A DNA stretch of 64,000 nt from Ignavibacteriota bacterium (GTDB taxonomy: Bacteria > Bacteroidota > Ignavibacteria > UBA10030), in the NCBI GenBank assembly GCA_963701295.1, contig OY969585.1, forward strand, positions 1,472,001 to 1,536,000. The letters are read 5' to 3'. Positions 1-7,888 of the stretch are shown in pieces. Made by a program: the position numbers and the translations under genes. The notes beneath the pieces were generated by a model. It worked only from the letters and a program-made list of their open reading frames with translations, did no database searches and was not told where the DNA came from. How positions within the stretch are numbered: position 1 is the stretch's first letter; each line of letters begins with the position of its first letter.

Positions 1-1
1 C

Positions 2-103
2 TATGATTTGCGGGCGCGTGAAAACAGCGGTACAACAATTCAGCAAAATCCAACTGTTATTCAAGATGCTTCACAGGAGCCGATTGACTTAGGGCAGCTT
101 TGA
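2..103 (+). CDS. 3' end of an upstream gene cut by the window edge (possibly a membrane protein)
   Basis: Frame from nt 2 reads YDLRARENSGTTIQQNPTVIQDASQEPIDLGQL*. Its TGA (101-103) overlaps the next ATG (TGATG coupling). Confidence 0.6.
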   Translation, partial: YDLRARENSGTTIQQNPTVIQDASQEPIDLGQL

Positions 104-1047
104 TGGAACATCTTAATGAAGAATCCTTAGAAACAACAACACCGATTTTCGATGGTTCTTGGGAACGGGCACATCGCAATATAACAACAGCAGCGTTTCT
201 AGGTTTGATCATCACCGGTGTAGTATATTTTTACGCACAAACAATTATTACTGGAATATTGTTCTTTCTCAACGTATCAGGAACGCAGGAAATATTAAAG
301 GCGAAAACATTTTTTGAACGAATTTCGTACACAATGACAGTACTAAAAAATCCCTTGCGTTACTCTTTGATCGCCTCTCAGTTCCTTTTTATGCTTGTGC
401 CGATAGTATGGATTATTAAACGCTGGCATACGATTCATGTACTTTCATATGCTCGGATTGCACGTATCTCTCCTCTCGAACTCGTTGTTGCCGTCGCCGC
501 TACCGTCTGTTTTGTTCCTGTGAGTGGAGCCATAAGCGAATTCTTTATTAGGAAATTGAATATTCCAGATTTCTTAGCTCAGTTGAATGCTCAAATATTT
601 ACATCGTATAGCTCGCAGGAATTACTTTTCCTGATTGTTGCTGTGTGCATAACTCCGGCGGTGTGTGAAGAGATGCTTTTTCGCGGGTATGTTCAGCGGA
701 CCTTGGAACGCACCCTAGGAATGAAAAGCGTATTTATTACAGGCGTAATTTTTGGACTTTATCATATGCAGCCGTTAAATTTAATGTCGCTCTCTTTTCT
801 AGGAATTCTCATTGGATACTTTTATTATCGAAGCAAAAGTCTGGTACCGTGTATCTTTGCGCATTTTACAAACAACCTCCTTGCTGTTCTATCTCTCTAT
901 AAAACAAAACATGAACAAACAGTTTTTCGTGTTTTTGATTTTGAGATAACCTTTTTAGGGTGCATAGGTGCACTGTTGTTTACAAGTGCATTGATTTTTC
1001 TATATCATGAAATAACAAAAAAGAACTTTGTAGAACAGTTCGGTTAA
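103..1047 (+). CDS. CPBP (CAAX/Abi) family intramembrane glutamic endopeptidase
   Basis: Multi-TM protein with EExxxR (CEEMLFRG), FxxxH (FGLYHM) and HxxxN (AHFTNN) motifs. Confidence 0.9.
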   Translation: MEHLNEESLETTTPIFDGSWERAHRNITTAAFLGLIITGVVYFYAQTIITGILFFLNVSGTQEILKAKTFFERISYTMTVLKNPLRYSLIASQFLFMLVPIVWIIKRWHTIHVLSYARIARISPLELVVAVAATVCFVPVSGAISEFFIRKLNIPDFLAQLNAQIFTSYSSQELLFLIVAVCITPAVCEEMLFRGYVQRTLERTLGMKSVFITGVIFGLYHMQPLNLMSLSFLGILIGYFYYRSKSLVPCIFAHFTNNLLAVLSLYKTKHEQTVFRVFDFEITFLGCIGALLFTSALIFLYHEITKKNFVEQFG

Positions 1048-1198
1048 ATTAGTATCAAAAACCTATTCCTTTTAGCCGTTGGATATTTCTTCGTTTGGAT
1101 GGAACGTGCAGAAGAATGGAAATTACTCTGCTGTTAGCGGTTTCTCGTTTCTCTCTGAATAGTGAGAAATTCTTTCGCATTGAAAATTGAGTTGAAAC

Positions 1199-1234
1199 AA
1201 AAAAAAGACGGCATCAGAATGAAGCCGCCTTTTT
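1199..1234 (-). terminator. Intrinsic terminator after serC (possibly bidirectional)
   Basis: Minus strand ggcggc-loop-gccgtc followed by a T run; A/T tracts on both sides. Confidence 0.7.
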
Positions 1235-1254
1235 CTAATTACAGAATTATCTGT

Positions 1255-2340
1255 TTACTTGTTCGCCTTGTAGAATTCTTCCATATACTTCGCCAGAAGC
1301 TCAACCGATTCTATCGGGCAGGCATTATACATTGAAGCACGCATGCCGCCAACTGAACGATGGCCTTTCAGCCCGAGCATCTTTTTCGGTTTTGCCTCGG
1401 CAATAAATTTTTCTTCCAACTCCGGTGTCGGCAAGTTCCAGGTGACGTTCATCAGCGATCGATCTTCTTTATTGACGACTGAGCCTTTGTAGAATTCCGG
1501 ATGTGCATCGAAGATATCATAAATAAGCTTTGCTTTCTTTTGATTGCGCGCCTGAATAGCTTCGAGTCCGCCTTCTTTGATAATCCATTTCAGTGTTCTA
1601 CCGACCACAAATATCGGCAGGCAAGGCGGCGTGTTGTACAACGAACCCGCATCCACATGTGTTTTGTATTTTAACATGGACGAAATGTTTTGTTTTGCTT
1701 TCGCTTCCATCCACGCTTTCTTGATAACTACCATAACAACACCCGCAGGGCCAAGATTTTTTTGTGCACCGGCATAAACGAGACTATACTTTTTAAAATT
1801 CCGTTTGATGCCAAGCATGTCAGAAGACATATCAGCAATCAAAGGCACATTGCCAACATCAGGATCAGTTTTCCACTGTGTACCAAAGATTGTGTTGTTC
1901 GTTGTGATATGGACATAATCCGCATCACCGGAATATTTGATTTCCTTCGGCAGCTGATTGAAGTTCGTTGCTTTTGAAGATGCGACCTCAGTTACTTCTC
2001 CGAGAATCTTTGCTTCTTTTATCGCTTTCGATGCCCATTCACCTGTATTGACATAATCAGCTTTCTTGTGGAGAAAATTCATCGGAACCATAGCAAATTG
2101 TAGGCTTGCACCCCCACCGAGGAACACGACGGCGTATTCATCTGCCGAAAGCCCCATAAGAGCAAGAGCGTCTGTTTGCGATTCTGTTACTACTTTTTCA
2201 AATGCTTTATCGCGGTGGCTGATTTCCATAATTGAAACACCAAGTCCGGCAAAATCCATCACGGCATCTCGCGTCTCTTCAACAACGGAAAGCGGTAAAA
2301 CTGCCGGTCCAGCAAAGAAGTTGTGTGCACGTGCCATCAT
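1255..2340 (-). CDS. serC: Phosphoserine aminotransferase
   Basis: NFFAGPAVLP, ISHR, GGGASLQF, DMSSD, PLP-lysine motif AGAQKNLGPAG, GHRSVGGMRASMYN. Confidence 0.97.
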   Translation of the reverse strand: MMARAHNFFAGPAVLPLSVVEETRDAVMDFAGLGVSIMEISHRDKAFEKVVTESQTDALALMGLSADEYAVVFLGGGASLQFAMVPMNFLHKKADYVNTGEWASKAIKEAKILGEVTEVASSKATNFNQLPKEIKYSGDADYVHITTNNTIFGTQWKTDPDVGNVPLIADMSSDMLGIKRNFKKYSLVYAGAQKNLGPAGVVMVVIKKAWMEAKAKQNISSMLKYKTHVDAGSLYNTPPCLPIFVVGRTLKWIIKEGGLEAIQARNQKKAKLIYDIFDAHPEFYKGSVVNKEDRSLMNVTWNLPTPELEEKFIAEAKPKKMLGLKGHRSVGGMRASMYNACPIESVELLAKYMEEFYKANK

Positions 2341-2746
2341 TATGACCCTTTCTGAATTATTTATTCAAGTACATTCGGTAGGTGAAACGATTATCTAAAC
2401 ATACTAATATTTTTTTTCAGTGTCTACATTCTTTTTCAGAAATATGCATTTATTGGAGATAGGTTCTCTCTGGAAAGAAACACATAGAAATAGGTTGTTG
2501 TTGAGGCGTTGAATTCTACCACATCGTTGCAATGGAATAGCCACATAATGCAACGAATCGTCGATGGCGAAAAAAGAAGGTTTAAAAAGAATTGTTTGGT
2601 TGCTGGTTAGAATATTTTTTGGTATAATCAGAGAACCAAAACTGTTTGATTTTTCCTTCGATCTGCTCGGCAAACCGTAGCAATCGGTGGTTGGACAGGA
2701 TAAACAACTATAATTCTTACTCATCATTATCTTACAGGAGTATTCT

Positions 2747-3667
2747 ATGAAGATTCTCGTGACTGATGGTATTACGTCCGAAGGCGCAAAGATCCTTACA
2801 GATGCCGGACACCAGGTAGACAAAGTGAAGCTGACACCTGAAGATCTATTGAAAAAGATCGGTGATTACGATTGCATCATCGTCCGCTCCGCAACAAAGG
2901 TAACTAAGGAAGTAATAGAAGTTGGGAAAAAACTCAAAGTGATTGCTCGTGGGGGTGTTGGGCTGGACAACATCGATGTGCCGGTTGCCGAGAATAAGGG
3001 TATTAAAGTCTTGAATACACCAGCTGCATCAACTGTGTCCGTTGCAGAGCTCGCTCTCGCGCATATGCTTGCTGTGTCTCGCTTCCTGAATGTCAGCACG
3101 ATGGAAATGCGACAAGGCAAGTGGCCGAAAAAGGAATATGGAGAGGGCATTGAATTGTACAAAAAGAATCTTGGCATTCTCGGTCTCGGTAATATCGGAA
3201 AAGAAGTGGCACGACGCGGATTAGCATTCGGGATGCATGTATTGGCATACGATCCGCCATTCACTCCAATGGATTTCTTCGTCGAAATTACGACAAAGGA
3301 AAAAGTGCTTGTCAATGCCGACTTCATCACACTTCACCTCCCGTACAATAAGAAGGAGGGTCCAATTATCGGGAAGAAGGAATTTGAGATGATGAAAAAG
3401 GGTGTGGTCATCGTTAACTGCGCACGCGGTGGTGTAGTAGATGAAGCCGCTTTATTGGAAGCATTAAACTCTGGTAAAGTTGCTGGAGCAGGATTGGACG
3501 TGTTCACGAATGAACCACCGACCGAGGCTCAAAAAGCCCTGATCAATCATCCACGTGTGAGTGTGTCGCCGCATATTGGCGGTTCGACTGTTGAAGCTCA
3601 GGAACGCGTTGGCGCAGAGATCGCGCAAAAAGTAGTGAAAGCATTCAGCGCTCAAGAACACTCATAA
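2747..3667 (+). CDS. serA: D-3-phosphoglycerate dehydrogenase (short form, no ACT domain)
   Basis: VRSATKV, RGGVGLDNID, GLGNIG NAD motif, NCARGG, PHIGGST; sits between serC and DUF1015. Confidence 0.88.
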   Translation: MKILVTDGITSEGAKILTDAGHQVDKVKLTPEDLLKKIGDYDCIIVRSATKVTKEVIEVGKKLKVIARGGVGLDNIDVPVAENKGIKVLNTPAASTVSVAELALAHMLAVSRFLNVSTMEMRQGKWPKKEYGEGIELYKKNLGILGLGNIGKEVARRGLAFGMHVLAYDPPFTPMDFFVEITTKEKVLVNADFITLHLPYNKKEGPIIGKKEFEMMKKGVVIVNCARGGVVDEAALLEALNSGKVAGAGLDVFTNEPPTEAQKALINHPRVSVSPHIGGSTVEAQERVGAEIAQKVVKAFSAQEHS

Positions 3668-3683
3668 TAAATTTTGGAAGTGT

Positions 3684-4925
3684 ATGGCAACAATCCGACC
3701 GTTTAAAGCATTTCGGCCGAAACCGGAATTTGCCGGTGAAGTCGCTGCTCGACCGTACGATGTGCTCAACTCCGATGAAGCACGCAAAGAGGTGAAGGGA
3801 CATCCTCTCTCTTTTTTGCATGTTGGTAAACCGGAAGTTGATCTCGATCCGAGCATTGACCTCCACGACAAACGAGTCTATGAGAAGGGAAAAGAAAATC
3901 TCCAGAAACTCATCTCTCAAGGAGTTTTGGTGGAGGATTCAATGCCTTCACTCTATGTTTATGCACAGACAATGGATCATCGCACACAGTACGGTCTTGT
4001 CGGATGTGCGTCGGTGGAAGAGTACTGGAATGAAATTATTAAGAAGCACGAATATACACGTAAAGACAAGGAAGAAGACCGTTGTCACCATGTACGTGTA
4101 ACGAATGCGCATTCCGGTCCGATCTTTCTTACGTATCGCAACAACGCAGAAATTGATACCATAGTCGAACGCGTAACAAGTCATCCGCCTGAAAACGACC
4201 ATGTGGCACTTGATGGTATTCGGCACCAAAGCTGGGTGATCAAAGACAAAGCGATGATTGAAAAGATTACTTCAATCTTCCGAACGATTCCATACTTGTA
4301 TATTGCGGACGGACATCATCGCTCAGCAGCGGCCGCAACCATTGGCAGAGAACGTGCCAAGGCAAACCCCCACCATCGCGGCGATGAGCAGTACAATTTC
4401 TATCTCGCAGTATATTTTCCATCAAATCAGCTTCGGATTATGGATTATAATCGTGTCGTCAAAGATTTGAACGGATTGACGAAAGTAGAATTTTTTGACA
4501 AGCTGAAATCAGATTTTAACTTTGTCGAATCTTCAGCATCAGTCAAGCCAGCAAAAAAAGGCGACTTTGGGATGTACCTCGATGGCAAGTGGTACATCCT
4601 CACTGCAAGTCATTCATTGCAGTGTATCACAGATTCTGTGCAATGCCTTGACGTTTCGATTCTTCAGGATCATGTACTTGATCCTATCCTCGGTATCAAA
4701 GATCCTCGCATAGATAAACGAATTGACTTTGTTGGTGGTATCCGCGGATTAAGTGAATTAGAGCGACGGGTAAATTCCGGCGAAATGAAGGTCGCGTTCA
4801 GCATGTATCCCACATCTCTCGATGAGCTTATGACCATTGCGGACGATGGGAAAGTGATGCCTCCAAAATCAACATGGTTCGAACCGAAACTCCGCGACGG
4901 ATTGTTTGTACACTTCTTAGATTGA
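3684..4925 (+). CDS. DUF1015 family protein
   Basis: PYDV, KKHEYT, YIADGHHRSAAA, MPPKSTWFEPK motifs; usual serC/serA neighbour. Confidence 0.9.
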   Translation: MATIRPFKAFRPKPEFAGEVAARPYDVLNSDEARKEVKGHPLSFLHVGKPEVDLDPSIDLHDKRVYEKGKENLQKLISQGVLVEDSMPSLYVYAQTMDHRTQYGLVGCASVEEYWNEIIKKHEYTRKDKEEDRCHHVRVTNAHSGPIFLTYRNNAEIDTIVERVTSHPPENDHVALDGIRHQSWVIKDKAMIEKITSIFRTIPYLYIADGHHRSAAAATIGRERAKANPHHRGDEQYNFYLAVYFPSNQLRIMDYNRVVKDLNGLTKVEFFDKLKSDFNFVESSASVKPAKKGDFGMYLDGKWYILTASHSLQCITDSVQCLDVSILQDHVLDPILGIKDPRIDKRIDFVGGIRGLSELERRVNSGEMKVAFSMYPTSLDELMTIADDGKVMPPKSTWFEPKLRDGLFVHFLD

Positions 4926-4938
4926 AACGATAAAACGG

Positions 4939-5646
4939 ATGAAATATATCGTATTCTTGTTTTTCCTGCCAGCTTGTCTTTTCGGACAAGCTCGTTCGCC
5001 TGTAAAACTATACAAGATCGAAGATTCTGTCTGGGTGCACACCACGTACAAATTGTACAATAATATCAATCTGCCTGCGAATGGATTGATCATCCAGACA
5101 TCGGCTGGATTGGTATTGATTGACACTCCGTGGGATGATTCACTGACGACTGAACTGCTCGATTCAACAAAGAAGCGATTCAATCAAGATGTTGTTTTAG
5201 CAATCGTTACTCATGCGCACGAAGACCGAATCGGAGGTATCCGCACGCTTCATAAGAAAGGAATAAAAGTTGTCAGTATTGCCCTTACGTGTCAGAAAGC
5301 AAAAGAGCTTGGGTATGAAGTTCCGGAGCCGGTCTTCTCAACAGATACAACATTTATTTTTGGAAACGAACAGATTGAGTATTTCTATCCCGGTGCAGGG
5401 CATACGATTGATAACAGCGTTGTTTGGTTTCCAGAAAGAAAAATTCTCTTTGGGGGATGTTTGGTGAAATCTGCATCCTCAACCAATCTCGGCAATATTG
5501 CAGATGCCGATCTCAAAGAGTGGCCTCGGTCCATTCATACCTTGATGGAAAAATTCCCCACAATTCATGTGATTGTACCCGGTCATGGTGAATGGGGAAA
5601 CTATACGCTACTGCAACACACATTAGATCTGCTGTCGATGCACTAA
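4939..5646 (+). CDS. Subclass B1 metallo-beta-lactamase with signal peptide
   Basis: PANGL, LIDTPW, THAHEDRIGG (H116/H118/D120), GHTIDN (H196), FGGCLVK (C221/K224), LGN (N233), PGHG (H263). Confidence 0.9.
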   Translation: MKYIVFLFFLPACLFGQARSPVKLYKIEDSVWVHTTYKLYNNINLPANGLIIQTSAGLVLIDTPWDDSLTTELLDSTKKRFNQDVVLAIVTHAHEDRIGGIRTLHKKGIKVVSIALTCQKAKELGYEVPEPVFSTDTTFIFGNEQIEYFYPGAGHTIDNSVVWFPERKILFGGCLVKSASSTNLGNIADADLKEWPRSIHTLMEKFPTIHVIVPGHGEWGNYTLLQHTLDLLSMH

Positions 5647-5786
5647 GTAAATTCTTGTTCTCATTGAACAAGTACTTTCCCTTCGCTGGTAATCCACACT
5701 CACTGAATAATCATCTTTTTCCTTCCTTGCTGTAGTATTCTATACGCTCATTTATGAGAGAAAAACCGGATTTTTAGAAGGAATAA

Positions 5787-5827
5787 GCTACGGAACATTC
5801 CGTAGCAATCTACGGAACATACCGTAG
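5787..5827. promoter_or_regulatory. Two tandem palindromic boxes (CTACGG-N6-CCGTAG) upstream of the pilin-like gene
   Basis: gctacggaa-ca-ttccgtagc (5787-5806) and ctacgg-aacata-ccgtag (5810-5827), 22 bp apart. Confidence 0.65.
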
Positions 5828-5945
5828 GTTGAAAAATACTGGAATCACCCGATGTAATTCAAATGGTGCTGGAGTATCTTAATACCAGTTAGAATAAGTT
5901 AAAATTAACTCAACGATATACTAACAATCTTTAAAGGAGATACAA

Positions 5946-6431
5946 ATGAAAAAGCTTCTTTTAGTCGCCGTCTTATTGATGGTTGTCGCTGTTGCGTCGT
6001 ATGCGCAAGTACAGACTGCAAATATAACAGCAAATGTTAATGCAACTGTGACATTGGCAAAACTTACTGATCTGGCAACCCTTACTGCAAATCAAGGGCA
6101 GACAGTATCCTTTGCATCAAACACTGCGAACGCTGCATCATTTTTAATGACAGGAGCAGCACTTGCTTCAACAACAGTAGTCGTTGCATTTCCTGCAACA
6201 TTGTCTGATGCTGCCTTAAACACTATGACATTTACCGGACAAATCCCGCGAACAAATATTGTAGCTGGCGCTGCGACATCTACAGCATTAGCTGCGCTAA
6301 CCGGCGGGACCGCAACCACATCTGCTGGTGGTCAATTGTGGATATATGCTGGCGGCGGCGTAACAGCAGCTGCAGCACAACCGGCGGGACAATATACCGG
6401 CGTAGTTACAGTTACAGTTTCACAGCCGTAA
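5946..6431 (+). CDS. Secreted DUF4402-like / fimbrial subunit-like protein (putative major pilin)
   Basis: Sec signal peptide, Ala/Thr-rich all-beta pattern, C-terminal QPAGQYTGVVTVTV motif, strong AAGGAG RBS. Confidence 0.7.
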   Translation: MKKLLLVAVLLMVVAVASYAQVQTANITANVNATVTLAKLTDLATLTANQGQTVSFASNTANAASFLMTGAALASTTVVVAFPATLSDAALNTMTFTGQIPRTNIVAGAATSTALAALTGGTATTSAGGQLWIYAGGGVTAAAAQPAGQYTGVVTVTVSQP

Positions 6432-6456
6432 CGCAAACTTCAATACGCAGAATAAC

Positions 6457-6491
6457 AAAAGCTCGGTTGCCGAAAAGGCGGCTGAGCTTTT
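6457..6491 (+). terminator. Strong stem-loop after the first pilin-like gene
   Basis: aaaagctcggttgcc-gaaaa-ggcggctgagctttt. Confidence 0.7.
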
Positions 6492-6554
6492 GCGTTTTAA
6501 GTTTCTTGGAAGTATCTTAAATGCAATGAAGACTTCAAATTCGGTACGATCAAC

Positions 6555-7043
6555 GTGAATACCAGAATGATACTACTCTGCGCATGGGTACTGGCATTGT
6601 TCAGGATAGGAATTATCCCGACTGAAATGTTTGCACAGGATGGATTGACTGCTGTTAAACGCAGCGATCTGAGCATCGGCAATATCAATATCGGTCAATC
6701 GCTGCGCATTCTTCCTCAGAGTCCGGCAGCGGCAAAGTTTGAAATACGAAGCACATCCGAAACGGATATCTTCATACAAATTGTCCTTCCGGATCATTTA
6801 CAGGAGATTGGCGGGAAAAGCGAATTGGGTGTCACGTTTAGTACGGATTGTGCGCGATGGTCGCTGAACGATAATGTAGAAAACTCAACGTCGTTCGATC
6901 CACATTCTCCTCTCCGTGTACATTTAGGAAAAAACCAATCGGTGATTATCTGGCTTGGAGCATTTGTCGCTCCCCCGTCGAATCTCCAGGCCGGGCATTA
7001 TATATCGTCTATTACTCTCACAACAACTTCGGTGGCGAAATGA
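6555..7043 (+). CDS. Second DUF4402-like subunit (putative minor pilin)
   Basis: Signal peptide, DLSIGNI, AAKFEI, IWLGA, C-terminal LQAGHYISSITLT, parallel to the first subunit. Confidence 0.65.
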   Translation: MNTRMILLCAWVLALFRIGIIPTEMFAQDGLTAVKRSDLSIGNINIGQSLRILPQSPAAAKFEIRSTSETDIFIQIVLPDHLQEIGGKSELGVTFSTDCARWSLNDNVENSTSFDPHSPLRVHLGKNQSVIIWLGAFVAPPSNLQAGHYISSITLTTTSVAK

Positions 7044-7870
7044 AATATCAAATTCTTTTTTCTTTCTTTATCCCTTCTGTTCTGATTTCATTGAACGTTG
7101 TTGATGCGCAGGTCACTGTTGCGCCGCCGGTTGTTTTCATGAGTCCGGAGAATCGTTTCGATGTGCTGATGCTTGAGAATCGAACGTCCAACACACAGGA
7201 AGTGTCTGTGGAATTTAAATTTGGTTATCCGACCTCAGATTCACTTGGAGTTGTTGCCATGCAATATGCGGATTCGAGCGCAGAGCGGCAGTATTCTATC
7301 GCATCGTGGTTAAAAGCATTTCCAAAAAGATTTGTGCTTGTTCCCGGGGAACAGCAATCGGTGCGTCTTGCATTGATGGCGCCGCCGTCGCTTGCCGATG
7401 GTATATACTGGACACGCATTGTCACCACTGGTGCGCCTCAGCAAAAATTTGTGGATACAGTGCGGGCAGGTATCGTTACCCAGCTCAATTATGTATTTCA
7501 ACAAGTCACAACTGCTGCATTTGTCAAAGGAAAGATTGTTTCACAGCTTGCCATACAAGGAAAGGGTGTTCAACGTGATACCTCTGGAATTGCAATTCTC
7601 TGGTATGTCAACCGAACGGGAAATGCTCCGTACTTCGGCACTGCCGTAACGAAGATATTCAACCAGAGCGGCGATCTTGTTGATGAGATAAAAGAAACAT
7701 TGGCAATTTACTTTTCCATGATGAAGCGTTCACTCTTTTCCATTGCCAAAGTGAAACCGGGTTCGTACTCTGTCGAGGTATCGCTTCTCCCGGAGCGTAC
7801 TGACATTCCACATGATCAATTAAAACATTTCGATTCATTTTCACAGCGGTTCAATGTAACCATTCCGTAG
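7040..7870 (+). CDS. Putative periplasmic pilus chaperone (PapD-like fold)
   Basis: Signal peptide, VTVAPPVVF, PKRFVLVPGEQQSVRL, DGIYWTRI, second domain NRTGNA; ATGA overlap with upstream gene. Confidence 0.7.
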   Translation: MKYQILFSFFIPSVLISLNVVDAQVTVAPPVVFMSPENRFDVLMLENRTSNTQEVSVEFKFGYPTSDSLGVVAMQYADSSAERQYSIASWLKAFPKRFVLVPGEQQSVRLALMAPPSLADGIYWTRIVTTGAPQQKFVDTVRAGIVTQLNYVFQQVTTAAFVKGKIVSQLAIQGKGVQRDTSGIAILWYVNRTGNAPYFGTAVTKIFNQSGDLVDEIKETLAIYFSMMKRSLFSIAKVKPGSYSVEVSLLPERTDIPHDQLKHFDSFSQRFNVTIP

Positions 7871-7888
7871 AGACGGGGCAGCGAACCG

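Noticed and set aside
2353-2367. TGAAT-N5-ATTCA near the serC start as a second TetR site
   Set aside because: Spacing differs from the N4 box and the AT-rich match is likely by chance.
2669-2705. c-di-GMP-I riboswitch-like GGCAAACC upstream of serA
   Set aside because: Lacks the following GCAAAG junction and second stem.
2404-2823. 139-aa minus-strand ORF and the many other overlapping ORFs in the track
   Set aside because: Antisense or off-frame shadows of well-supported genes or promoter regions, with no motifs.
5787-5827. Mini-CRISPR interpretation of the palindromic repeats
   Set aside because: Only two 18-bp units with 4 nt between them, no spacer-length sequence and no cas genes.
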